Origin: Bugula neritina | Taxonomy: Eukaryota; Animalia; Bryozoa | Reading direction: 5' to 3' | DNA: 64,000 nt | Assembly: GCA_964035545.1 (NCBI GenBank) | Contig: OZ037765.1 | Span: 17,236,995-17,300,994 of the forward strand | Part shown: piece after piece, positions 14,575 through 28,700 of the stretch | Layout of the letters: each line of letters starts with the position of its first letter | Numbering within the stretch: position 1 is the stretch's first letter | Notes under the pieces: model-generated | What the model was told of the DNA's origin: nothing | What the model saw: only the letters and a program-made list of their open reading frames with translations | Database searches by the model: none | Program-made: the position numbers and the translations under genes

Positions 14575-16920
14575 ATGGAGGGCGGTGAAGATCAGGTAGA
14601 GAAGTATACTTTTTGTCTACAAAAGCATTTGCATCTATGTAATTAATTGTTACAACAATAACTTACAATGTACAAATAGCAAATATTTACATTCAATTAT
14701 ACTATACTTTTCTATCGATAATTAATTATAGTTTTTCTTTATTATAGGCAAAGAATCGCTGGAAAAAGGCTAAAACTAAAATAATGATGGAGCAGACGGT
14801 GGTTGACGCGATTATCGAGCATCGAGATAAAAAGAGGAAATCCAAGCAGCTCAAAAAAGGTTGTATAAAAGTTTTCAAGTTCTTTCTTTCTACAGCCGGG
14901 TTATTCCTCATCAACGGGCTGATACTGGGTCTAGGAGCTTTCATCTTCAACAAACTGGAAGCAACTAATGAACTAGCAAACTGTAGAAACTCAAGAAGTG
15001 ATTACCAAGAAGCTGAGAATGCTACACTCATCCTACTCATGGACATGGCTCAGAGAATGGATGGCGTGGGCCAGCTTACTGGTGATGATAAGCAGAAGGT
15101 CGTGGACGAATTCCAAGGCTACTTAGAGTCATTCGCTCTATCGGTTATTGACACAGGATATTCTGTGGGCAAAGACTGTGAGCTGCTGGGTACACCAGAA
15201 GGAGAAGAGTATGATTGGTCCTTCACTCAGTCATTTGTCTTTGCCGTCACAGTAGCTACAACTATCGGTAAGCAGTCACAAACATAACTTTAATTATAGC
15301 AACCCTACATTTTTATGCATCTACCATGAAATTAACATATGTTCATTCTTTGACTATTTTAAAAGCTTCGTGCGCCCAACATAAGTTTTCATACTTTTGA
15401 AGACTTGAACAGTTAACATCTTAAATGCTTATGGTTATAAAAATAGCGTACAAGCATTCAATATACCTCCTGAATACCTACATAACGAAATTTATAAACT
15501 TTGTAAAAATTAAAAGGTGCGACTTATATAGTACTTGAGTACTAGTGAAAATTTTCTGATCTGAGAGTTCAACTGTCTGCTTGAAAGAGATAGTTGAACC
15601 AAGACACTCCTTTTGCAACATAAAGAGTTAATTTTTTTCAACTTCCATATTATGTTTTGAACCAAGGCTGATAAAGTATATATTTCTGCTTGAAAAATTC
15701 TTAATAAATAAAACTTAGCCAATTAGTATACTACAAATAAATTTAGCAAACTTAAATGACCTTATTCTTACACTATTTCAAGTTTTTTTTATGTATAAAT
15801 CTTCAGTTTCATTAATCCATTGATCAAACAGCGACCACTTTATTAAATTCTTTTGGTTGGCTAGTGTCTTGACAATGCAGAAAAGCAATAAAAGTATTTA
15901 TCTGAAGGAAATTACTAACCTGCATAAAGCTGTGCTGCTATAATAGCCCAATAACTAAACTTACTCAATCTTCAATTGAATTTTTTATTTTTGCCATTAA
16001 AATTTTTAAATAAATGTTGTAGTATATTGTATTCAATAAAAGGCCAGTGGCTTGTCATACGTATGCATTAGTTTTTCAAGTTGAATCAACTATTAATCTA
16101 TTGCCAATGTGTTATTAAAAGAATTTAAATTACAATATTTGTGACTTAATTGAGCTTCTGCTAGATATAGTGTTTTAAACTTATAATACAACGCCTGTAA
16201 AAATACCAAAAATGAAAGATATTTGGCTCGTATAATTTCCATCATTGCCAAATGTTCGCATGCTTAAAATTCTACTACATGTGCCTTAAACATCTAAAGA
16301 ATACAATAAATATGTTCTGTTTCTTTAACATAGTGATAAGCATATTCTAATATAATATATTACTATGAATATCATTTGTTTCTTGTAGGTTATGGGCATA
16401 TTGCTCCCGAAACCATGTGGGGACGAATCGTGTGCATTGCCTATGCTGTCATCAGCATTCCTATATTCCTCATTTTCTTGGCTAAGATTGGTGAGGTTCT
16501 GGCAAATCTGTTTAAAATAACATATGCTACAATTTGCTGCTGCGGTTGCTGCCGAAAGAAGGAGGAAAAAGTAAAAACAGCGGTAAGACTGTTTATGAAG
16601 TACAGAAACAAGTTCTTTCTCAAATCTAATTATGCATATAAATAATATAGTCTCTAGGTTATACTGCGCACAGCATAATTACACAAGGACTCTTTTTATT
16701 GCAGCATTAGATATAAAAAAAGTTTTCGAAAACAAAGAGCATCAAAGTTATCACTTTGGTATAGCTTTTATAACCCAAGCTGTAATATTTATTTGATAGG
16801 AAGAAGAAGAAAGGGATGAGGAGTATGTCCAAAAAGTGGCGAGTAAATGGAAGCTGGACCCGGTGTCGGGCCGGCCAATACCACCGGAGAATGACGAGCT
16901 GATGGAGGAAGAAGAGGAAC

Positions 16921-16954
<34 letters not shown>

Positions 16955-17644
16955 CGAGGACGAGGAAAGCTTGTCGATACCTTTGACTATCACAGTGTTT
17001 GTCATGTTTGGTAAGACTCACTACCACAGCACATACACTATATACAACATAGGTTTCACTACTTCCAACTGCTCCATGCTCAGGTTATATCTGGTGCAGC
17101 CAGAATTACTTGACTCATCAAGTGTTGCTATTTTAAACAACAAATTTTGGTTTTTCTGATTGCAGCATTTGTTATCTTCGGAGCCATCATGTTTGATGCA
17201 TTTGAGGAGGAATGGGATATCCTTGATTCTGTGTATTACTGCACAATCACTGCCACCACCATTGGGTTCGGAGATATGGTACCAGATGTGAAGCTTAGCT
17301 CAGGTGGTGGTATTTTTAAAGCTTTGGCAGTCATCATGTACATAGTGTTCAGTGAGTATCTTCATTTCCTCTCAATAAATTTGAGAACTAAGATAAAGTT
17401 CTTTTCAGTTTTCAATGTCTTGAGCTTATGTTGATTTTTGCAAACTGCACCATTTTAACTAGGTATGGCTGGCTTCTCTATGTGCGTCCAGTTACTGGCT
17501 GATGAAATTGTTGCCAAAGTTGAATGGATTGGTGAAAAGATAGGCATCAAAAAGAAAGAGATAGAGGAAGAAGAAAATTCAGAAGATGGAGATGATGACG
17601 GAGAAAACGAAAGAAAGTCTGATGAGTCTAAGCCTATTGTTTAG
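14575..17644 (+). CDS. Two-pore-domain potassium channel (K2P/TWiK family), copy 2, ~437 aa
   Basis: Exons: 14575-14595 (MEGGEDQ, tentative), 14748-15267, 16389-16582, 16800-17010, 17166-17351, 17463-17644 (TAG); 1314 nt, in frame. Filters TTIG|YGH and TTIGFGD; poly-Glu M2-M3 loop. Confidence 0.93.
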
Positions 17645-18775
17645 TCAGATAATTCATCTGCATGAAAAGAACTTGTTTGCTCAACGCTATTGTGTATCAA
17701 AAATAATAAACTTGGATACTGGTGTTACAAAATGTGATGTTGTCATAACACTATAGTTGATAGCAGGTACTTTTATGTCAAGGTGAAGGTGAAATCAATC
17801 TCATCAGTTAATATAAACAGTAGCCTATGATTATTGTTAAAGCATATTCTACCTACAAATAATTATATGCAGTGGAAAAATATATATATTTTCAGAATTT
17901 TTATTTGATAATTTTTACACTGACTGTTGACAAAGCAATATTCTGTGATAATGTGACTGTACAGGTTTTGATATACGAATCATGTTAAGGTGTTCTTTGG
18001 TAGTCTTGTTTATGCATATGTGCACTCCTTTTTCTAAAGCTATCGAATGTCCACCATCAACACTTTAATGAAATTTTATAACATTGTTTTTTTAAAAGAA
18101 ATTTTTTCTTGTGTTTTTTTCCGTTGCACTCATTTGTCATTATTCTGCTTTTTCCTATGGCTGGTGTAATATTTCATAACTTAAGTCATTTTATTGTGGC
18201 ATGCACTCTGATTATTTATTTATTATCTAAATATGTTTTATGTCTACATATTACAAAATTCGTGCAATTTGAAGCAATCCAACCATTCATCCTTTATCTA
18301 AAATGATACATATTTTGTATTTTATAAAAATCGTATCACGAAAATTTGTAATGGAATGGAGTTACAAAAGTCTAGTTTTGCCAAACATTCTAAGTGCTAT
18401 TTAAATCTTTAGCAAGCCCTTAATTCTGACTTGTTGCACTATCAACTTGAATTCCAAACCAATTTACCGATTTCTATCAAAAGAAGGAATACTGTGCAAT
18501 TACTAAATCACTAGTATGTTGCTAAAGCATATATTGAGAGTTCTGTCTATTTCATATTTAAAACTAAGCTTTTTGAGTTTTGTAACATTTGGCATGGTTT
18601 TACCAATTCATATCTTTATAGGTCTTAAAAAAAACTGGTATTTTTTTCCAAAAAGTACAATTTGCACATGCTCAACAATAACGAATATTCCCATGTATAT
18701 CCCATGTCTATATGATGTTGCATATATACGCATTATATGCACCCATGCAGCTACACATAGTTTAGCACAGCTCTT

Positions 18776-18917
18776 CAGTTACTTGCAGTTACTCACAGTT
18801 GCTCACACCTACTCACAGTTACTTGCAGTTACTCACAGTTGCTCACACCTACTCACAGTTACTTGCAGTTACTCACAGTTGCTCACACCTACTCACAGCT
18901 ACTTGCAGTTACTCACA
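18776..18917. repeat. 40-bp tandem repeat built from 10-bp subunits (ACTTGCAGTT-ACTCACAGTT-GCTCACACCT-ACTCACAGTT), ~3.5 copies
   Basis: Periodicity read directly; explains the repetitive tail of ORF 18516..18980. Confidence 0.9.
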
Positions 18918-19705
18918 TCTATACACAGCTACATTTTAATAGAGAGTGAGCATATCATGTCAAAACACCCTTATTATTGAATGTTCTCATTGAACAACTA
19001 TACTAAAAAATAACACCACTTTTGTAGATAAAAACTTATCTTAATTACTATGCAATCACCATAATCTTGTAAAAAAAGCTTTAGTAAAAGCTGTACTGCT
19101 ACGTTTAATGACAGGGTTGACTACTGATTACTAATAGAGTCTAACTAACTCTGAACAACCACTAATGCTTGGATTACCATTTTAATAATTCGATCACTAT
19201 AAAACTGACTGTATATATCTGTATATTATCATGAAAAAATATTTCGATGGCTATATGGAGCTATTTCATAAAGGGTTCTACAATGTTGAGAGACATTTTA
19301 CAGTGTGGCTATACAATGACTATGTATCGTTGCACGATTATTGATTGAGCTTAAAATTTAGTGGTTGCAGATTGTGAATTGCATATGTATATCTGATATA
19401 TATGTTATGTTCACATTAAACAAAACTTGAGCGTTTTAATATATAATGTATTGATGGCTTGTAGAAATATCAATATGCCTAATATATTACTCTCTGTTTA
19501 TTTAGCATTAATTCTTGAAACTTGAAGGCTGAAATCAATATATGGACATTACTATTTAAAATACAAATGACTTGAAACTGTCAGTGCAATATAAGGAAAA
19601 ATACAAAGACACATTTTCACAGTATTGATTTTTAAGTATGAAGTTTGGTAGTCGATAAAAACTATTAGAGCTGTGATGTGACTGGCCTATAACAAATTTG
19701 ACGCC

Positions 19706-22700
19706 ATGTCGAAAGAAGATAAAGCTACAGATTTTAAAAATCAGGCAAGTATTATAAAATTAAATACGTTTTTAGCCACTCTTAATAATTGTGATTGAAA
19801 TTATTAGATAGACACAAACTCTTCTTATGAAATATTTATATAGTTTAGATATTTATGAAATTTTCTAGTAGCACTAACATATGCGCAGTTCTAAAGTCGT
19901 TCAAAAAGACGATGTCATCTATTATGACACCAACTATAGCTTACTGATTTTACCCAAAATATAATTTTAAACAATATTGGCAGAGTAGATGTATGTTTAG
20001 CCAAAAGTTTTGTGGAAATGTAGAATTTTTTGTGAAACCTATGCTGAGCAGATTATAGGAGCTAATCAGCCACTGAATAAAAATATTCACATTAGCACAA
20101 AATTTTGAAATAGTGCACGAGTCACAACATATTCAACTATATAACTACATCAGGTGCCAATAAAATAAGATGTAATATTTCATTTTTTATAATTACTATA
20201 TAATGCAAAAATGTTGTACTGTTTCTTGAGAGTCAGCTCTTTTTGTTCATTGATTTAAGTCTAACTTCAAAATAACTTACAATTAATTTTGTATCAAATA
20301 TGATACATCTTACTACTTCTACTATATACACTATAGAAATTATACTAACAAAAGCATTTTATTGTGTACTAGCTACATTTTCTAGCTTCTTATTTCAGCT
20401 GAGAAAAATAATGTGATATTTAGAAGCATTACTGGCATGGCTTTTTGTTTTGCTACTATTTTAAAATATAATATTTTGTGAAAAAGTACATATATATAGC
20501 TAAAAATCAAGTTAATTTATTATTTAAATTTATTGCTAAGGGTTGGCTCATATAGTTGAGAAACTGTAGCTAATAAGGCCTATATTCACCATTGTAATCA
20601 GGAAAGTTCAATCTGTGTGATCAGAAGTGTATCCTAGAGTTGCAGATTAGCCCAGTCCATGTATTATAGAGCAAAATAGTTTTAAGAATTTTGCAATTGG
20701 CTAATGCTAAAGGCTGCAAGTTATGATGGCCAAAATATTTAAGAATTTCTATAAGCTTTTCCTCGCTAAATGAGCTCGATGTGAAAGCATGCAGAAGTGC
20801 CAAACACCGTTTATATTTGTTACACAACACTTTCTGCAACATTATTCTTTATGTTAGCCTATCCACCAAATTGTAATTTTGACAAAGCTTTAGTAATTTA
20901 TTTGTTGAACTTTATCAGTATGGTGTGTGACATTGTACATTTAGTTACTATAGATTGCATAGAATGATAAATAAACTTTGTTTTTCAACTTGAAGCTACA
21001 CCTATATGTGTATATATGTATATATGTATATATGTATATATGTATATAGGTATATAGGTATATAGGTATATAGGTATATAGGTATATAGGTATATAGGTA
21101 TATAGGTATATAGGTATATAGGTATATAGGTATATAGGTATATAGGTATATAGGTATATAGGTATATAGGTATATATGTATATAGGTATATAGGTATATA
21201 TGTATATAGGTATATAGGTATATAGGTATATAGGTATATAGGTATATAGGTATATAGGTATATAGGTATATATGTATATAGGTATATAGGTATATATGTA
21301 TATAGGTATATAGGTATATATGTATATAGGTATATAGGTATATAGGTATATAGGTATATAGGTATATATGTATATAGGTATATAGGTATATAGGTATATA
21401 TGTATATAGGTATATAGGTATATAGGTATATATGTATATAGGTATATATGTATATAGGTATATAGGTATATAGATATATAAGTACTATAAGTTATAGATT
21501 AAATTGACTATGACATTTATTTATAAAGGAATTACTTACAAATTTGTTTTGTAACATAACAAATACTCGCCACTAGTCAGGGTGATGTAGTGCTTAAGTA
21601 TATAAGTATTATATAAGTGCATATAAGTGTCCTTAGCCCAGTTTAAAGTCTCTAAACACCAGCATCACAGTATTATAGGTGTGAAATAAGTGTGAAAGTT
21701 AGAATTTACAGTTGTGCAAATTTGGCACAAGCATATCCTCAATTAGTCAAGTAGTTGGCAAGTATTTATACATCATACTCTCACTGGTAGTTTAACGTCC
21801 GTAGAATAATTCATTCAATGCTGACAGTTAACATGAGAACTATTGTAATGCAATACTACATTTTACATCACTTTACCAAAGTATAGGTGGTTTTACAACA
21901 GCTCCAACAAAACAGTTTTTCCTGCTAATTAACTATTCAACTTGAATGACCCAGCAAAAATTTTGAAGTGTTTGCTTTCAAAGCTGAATGGTACTTGATG
22001 AAAACATCAGCTTATAATTTTTTATACTGACCAGCAAAGTTCTATACTTACATTAAGTACTTCGCTGTATAATTGTTGAAAATTTATGAAGTAAGAAGTT
22101 AATGTGGTTTCTAGTGTTTATATAACATCTAGGACCCTGTATGCTTGTTTAAGAAAAAGTTGTTTTTTAGGTACACAAAATTGTGTTTTTATATTTCCGT
22201 TATGAAAATAATATCATATTGATCAATAAACCTTGGCTTTTAACTTTTGGTTTGCATTTTAAGCTGCAATTGATACTTTTTACTATTATTTATTAGCTTG
22301 CTGATTTCTAAACTTTTTTACTCTCTTTACTAGGTTGAAAATTTTATTTTATGTTTTTATAAAGTGTTTTAGTTACCATAACTTTATTTACACACATTTC
22401 CATAGCCATCGCTATGTATCTAACATGGTCTTTTTTAAACATCTTCATGGTATGAATTGATTAGCAGGAAATCATACAATCATACTAGTATGTGCTAAAA
22501 GTGTCCTCACATAATAATATTCAAAACACTTATGTTTTGAGGTGAAAATAAAATAACGGCAAGTTGAATTATTAGATCAGTCACCAGTTGATAAACAACT
22601 TAACTTATTCTATTGGTAGAAATTTAGTTTGATTATTTAATTATAACAGAGTAGTCCTATCTAATATAGTTTTGTTTACTGATCTTCTCTCTACAAAACA

Positions 22701-25700
22701 ACTGTTGTACACTTACCCCATCACAAACCATGCTTCAAAGTTTGACTTGTTTCTACTTAGAACCTCATATATTAAGGAAGTTTCAAAGTTTCAGATTTTT
22801 ACTCTACGGTTTAGATTTTGAACAAACTGTTATTTTTCGTGGACAACTAGTTTTTTACCATAAATACCTATTATAAGTTGCTTGCTAGAAGTAAGCTAGG
22901 TTTACATCTGGCACAAGGCATTATGTAACCTATTCACCAATTGATCACTGATATGGTCATTGCATCATATTCCGTATGATGGCTGCAATAAGTTGATACC
23001 CACACCTTGCATTTTGGTAAAAGAGACACTACTAGTAGGCTGTATCCTGCACGATCTATTATTAAAGGTACTACTCTAGAATACAATAATTCAAATATTT
23101 ATAGGAGATGAGATACAATGAAGTCTACTGTACATACAAAAAGCTAGAAGTATAATTATATGACTGACAAAAAGCTAACGCAATATTATGCTAGAAATTA
23201 TACTACTAATGTTGATGTTAAACGATACCGGCTTTTTTTTCTATCTAATTAGTTAATCAAATATAAGGCATAATTGCATTCTAAATTGTCATCAAATCAA
23301 GTAGTATTTACTATTAATTTATTACTCATTAGGTTTTAATCACACAGATATGAAGTATACAAGTATAAATGCTGTTTAGCAACAGACGTGCATTAGCTTT
23401 AGAAAATGGCAGTGAAAATACAAAGTATATCAGATCTATGCCTTTTTATTTGTTGTCAAAAATATTTTCAGGTATGTATTGATTTTTTTGTTGCACTGAG
23501 TTGCCAGTTTGGCAAAATGTTTTTAACTGCATTTCATAACAATGACAGGAGGTTAAAGGATATCAATTTAAGACTAATCTATGAAACAAGTTTTTAGTTG
23601 GATGCTGTCAAATCTGTCAAATTGCTGGCTGTCCTTTATGCAGTAGGATTGTTATCAAACCAACAGCTTCAATTACAGAAGTTTTGGCAGGCAGATTGAC
23701 TTCCATCTACTTGGTTTATATTGTTATAATGATTAGGCAAAATAAGTTTTCTTAAGTAATGTTGCTTTCTTTGACCAAACTTTTCTAACTTTTGCATAAA
23801 ATATTTTATTCTAAATTCCTTTTACCACTCTTTTTTTAACTTACTTTAAACAACTTTTTTAGTTATTTAAAGTGTTTGGTGTTTAATTGTCATCATGCAG
23901 TGGTGCTTAAAACAATCAAAAGTGTTTACTATAAGCTACCTGAGAGCTAGCAGTATTTTGTATGATTAGGAATTTTGAGAATCACTTATTTTTCTAGATA
24001 GATGCATTATAACAACATATTTCATTATACAGGAGAGCATGCATAATGAAAGTATAAATGGTGATAATTTTTGAGTTTTTTTACCCTTTTTCACCATAAA
24101 ATATGTTTTATTTCACTTCATGCTAGATTGAAAGAAAATAAGTCTTCAGATTTTTAATCAAAAAGTATTAAATGAAATTTTTACCATCTTTCAATACATT
24201 GACATTATATACATTAAACAGATAAAGCATTTTTGTATAAAGATATTCCTACAGGTTGAAACCTGAGTATGTTTAATTTAAAAACTGCGAAGCCTAGCTT
24301 TCTTTGAAAGAGATTTATGCAGATTGTTGAACAGCAGCAATAAAGAAAATTTCAGTTATATATACTTTATTTAGCTAACATTAGATATATCATATTATTA
24401 GAATAATGATGCATCATCGGAAACAAAATCAAGCACCGGCACAATCTGCCTTAAAATAGTCCGATTCACATTCTCTACGGCCGGCCTGTTTCTCATCAAC
24501 TTTGCCTACCTGATGCTTGGAGCCTATATATTTGAGTACCTGGAAAAGTTCAACGAAGAACAGGAATGCTTCGAAGGAGCTGAAAACTACGCCCGTGCTC
24601 AGAATGCCACGATGGTTCTCATGCTAGACGTTGCTAATAAAATCTCGAGCTACGATATTCTCCAGACAGAAGGTGGGGACAAGGTCATTGAAGAATCTTA
24701 CAGGAAAGTGTTGAAAAGTTTCTCAATGGCAGTGCTAGATGTCAACTACAACGTGAGCAAAGACTGCACCAAACTAGGACAACCAGGAGGTCCACAGTAC
24801 GCTTGGACCTGGGCCGGAGCTCTTTCATTCTCTATGACTATCATCACCACAATTGGTAATAACATTATAATATAACTTATATTTGAACAGCATATGACTA
24901 AATAATTTATAGTGATGTTTCAAATATTTTTATTTATGCATTCTTTGCTGTAAGAAGTAGCAAATTTTTGGAGAACCAATAACAATTGTGCAGCATTTTC
25001 AAAAAATATCAGCTTGTGTGCAAAATTAAAGCAGCTCCTAACTTCTAAATTTACAGCAACATTAAAGAGTAATTTTAAAAAGAAATTTTACAGACTGCAA
25101 GTTTGGTCATGAGTAGAATGACCATGGTAAGTAGTTAAATGAAAATAAGTAGCATTAAGTACATTTATTAGTCACCTTCACTGGAAACTGTGAATTATCA
25201 AATTTATTAGAACCAAATACTAATTGTTCAAACAATTTCTAGCAACCACCACAAATTACAATAACTTTCATACCTTGTTGATTTGTATATATAGGTTACT
25301 ATATAGGCTACACAATAGTGTTGAGATGGTATTTGGTAGGGTTTTAGTATTGGTTTTGTTTTCGGTGTCATTTTTATAGATCGGTTCCATGACAGTTGAT
25401 ATAGGTATGGTTTTTTAGTACCATCACTCAAACTATTGACACTATGCTTAATACACTCAAAGTACAAACAGCTTTTTCTGGTATTGAATAAGCATGTTTA
25501 CAAGGTCACAAGTTGTAAATGCAGGAAATCATACGAAATACCAAATATACTAACCCACACAACCAGAAAATTAGCACCATAATTATTTAAACATGTTAAA
25601 ATACCGTTTATTGAGCAGCCACTCAGTTTTCGTATTCCTACTACCAGTTGAGCACTGTTACATGGCCACATTGTTGCAGGCTATGGAGTTATCGCTCCAA

Positions 25701-28700
25701 AGACACCGTGGGGTAGAATGGTGTGTGTGGCCTACACCATCATAGGCCTCCCAATAATGTTCATCTGCTTGGCTGGTATTGGAGATGTTTTAGCAGATAT
25801 TTTCAGATTTTCTTATGCCACCCTTTGCTGCTGTGGCTGCTGCCAGAGCAAGCCAAAGAAGGTAAGTATAAAAATAAATTAATAAGAAAGATCAAAGCTG
25901 ATACCACTAGTAAATAGGTGTTCATAAAAGTTTCAACAACTCTTAGCAAATTTTCCCAATAGTTTTGAGATAGCAATGCTGTTTGGGTGATAACAGAACA
26001 ATTCATGTAGCTTGCGCTAATTATTGCCGTGTGTACTACATGAACAGTTTATATACTATAATCCCATTGTATATAGTATAATTACATTGTATATAGTAAA
26101 TAACAAATTGTCTATAGTATATGACACATTGTATATAAAATATAGCACATTGTATGTGCTATATAGCAGACAATATAATATGATTTTATATAGAAATATT
26201 TATATTGTATTTAGCAACTCATATATATTATTTGGCACAAACTATATTAATATATAATATAATTTGTAAAACCCGCATTTGGTACTCTAGTTACTGCATA
26301 CTTTATGATATAGAAGAAGGATGCGGACATGATGTCTCTAAATGTGTGGAAGACTGATGCACATGGCAACACCTCTATAGGATACAATGACGAGGACGAA
26401 TCCGATGACGAAGAGAGTGATGGAGAAGAAGCTATCATCACAGTTCCCTTGACTATCAGTCTCATTGTCTTATTCTGTATGACCATTATTTTGAATATTA
26501 TATATTATATATTATATATTATATATTATATATTATATATTATATATTATATATTATATATTATATATTATATATTATATATTATATATTATATATTATA
26601 TATTATATATTATATATTATATATTATATATTATATATTATATATTATATATTATATATTATATATTATATATTATATATTATATATTATATTTCACACA
26701 CATAGATATATGCAATGTGCAAACTACTGCAAAATTATGCTGTTTTAAATTTAGTTTTCATTGAATACTTTATTAACTGCTTTACTTGTATTAAATTTGT
26801 AGATAATAAGTAAATTTGGAGTTACCTTTCTTTTCTCACAAGTTGAAATTTTATTGTTTTAGCCTTTCTCTTCCTTGGGGCTGCTTTGTTCTACGTATGG
26901 GAAAAATTTCCGTTCGTGGACTCCTTTTACTTCTGCTTCATAACTTTTTCAACAATTGGGTTTGGAGACTTTGCACCTGGCACTGATAATTTAGACAATG
27001 CCAACTCCCAAGCTCAGATGATTGTCACTGGAGTGTACCAGGTGGATGTTTAAACCAATATATATATAGCATATTATCTTAGCATCAGCACGGGTGTAAC
27101 GCAGCACTAGCCGATAATACTGTGCGACTGTCATTTCTTATCAACTAAATCAAAAGAAATACTCAACTTAATAAGATTGTAGCTCTAATAGAGTTGTGAC
27201 TTGTGTGTAAATATAATCATACATAAAGCTTTCTACCCATTTATTACCTAACTAGTATTATGTTGAGTAAAGAAACTAAAATATGTTTTTGCTGAATAGA
27301 TATACACAATATTATTTAAGTTATAACTTGACTTGATGTGAACAAATCTTAAAATTGTGTTAATGCACCTCCACCAACTATCTGCTACCAACTATCTGCT
27401 ACCAACTATCTGTTACTAACTATCTGCTACCAACTATCTGCTACCAACTATCTGCTACCAACTATCTGTTACTAACTATCTGTTACTAACTATCTGTTAC
27501 TAACTATCTGCTACCAACTATCTGCTACCAACTATCTGTTACTAACTATCTGCTACCAACTATCTGTTACTAACTATCTGCTACCAACTATCTGTTACCA
27601 ACTATCTGCTACCAACTATCTGCTACCAACTATCTGTTACTAACTATCTGCTACCAACTATCTGTTACCAACTATCTGCTACCAACTATCTGTTACTAAC
27701 TATCTGCTACCAACTATCTGTTACCAACTATCTGCTACCAACTATCTGTTACTAACTATCTGTTACCAACTATTTGTTACCAACTATCTGCTACTAACTA
27801 TCTGCTACCAACTATCTGTTACTAACTATCTGCTACCAACTATCTGCTACCAACTATCTGCTACCAACTATCTGCTACCAACTATCTGCTACCAACTATC
27901 TGTTACTAACTATCTGCTACCAACTATCTGTTACCAACTATCTGCTACCAACTATCTGTTACTAACTATCTGTTACCAACTATTTGTTACCAACTATCTG
28001 CTACTAACTATCTGCTACCAACTATCTGTTACTAACTATCTGCTACCAACTATCTGCTACCAACTATCTGCTACCAACTATCTGTTACTAACTATCTGCT
28101 ACCAACTATCTGTTACTAACTATCTGTTACCAACTATCTGCTACCAACTATCTGTTACCAACTATCTGCTACCAACTATTTGTTACTAACTATCTGCTAC
28201 CAACTATTTGCTACCAACTATCTGTTACTAACTATCTGCTACTAACTATCTGCTACCAACTATCTGCTACCAACTATCTGTTACTAACTATCTGCTACCA
28301 ACTATCTGCTACCAACTATCTGCTACCAACTATCTGTTACTAACTATTTGCTACCAACTATCTGCTACCAACTATTTGCTACCAACTATCTGCTACCAAC
28401 TATCTGTTACCAACTATCTGCTACCAACTATCTGCTACCAACTATCTGTTACTAACTATCTGCTACTAACTACCTGCTACCAACTATCTGCTACCAACTA
28501 TCTGCTACTAACTATCTGCTACCAACTATCTGCTACCAACTATCTGCTACCAACTATCTGCTACCAACTATCTGCTACCAACTATTTGCTACCAACTATC
28601 TGCTACCAACTATCTGTTACTAACTATCTGTTACTAACTACCTGCTACCAACTATCTGCTACCAACTATCTGCTACTAACTATCTGCTACTAACTATCTG

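Noticed and set aside
16707-17027. Poly-Phe and poly-Ser minus-strand ORFs
   Set aside because: Antisense shadows of the GAA-rich poly-Glu exon of K2P copy 2.
18516-18980. 154-aa intergenic ORF
   Set aside because: AT-rich low-complexity sequence plus the 40-bp tandem repeat; no recognisable domain or splice context.
26477-26748. IIYYILY extension of ORF 26329..26748
   Set aside because: Read-through past the donor at 26477 into the (ATATTAT)n microsatellite.
28376-28693. 105-aa ORF of [14 protein letters not shown] repeats
   Set aside because: Translation of three 14-bp satellite units per period.
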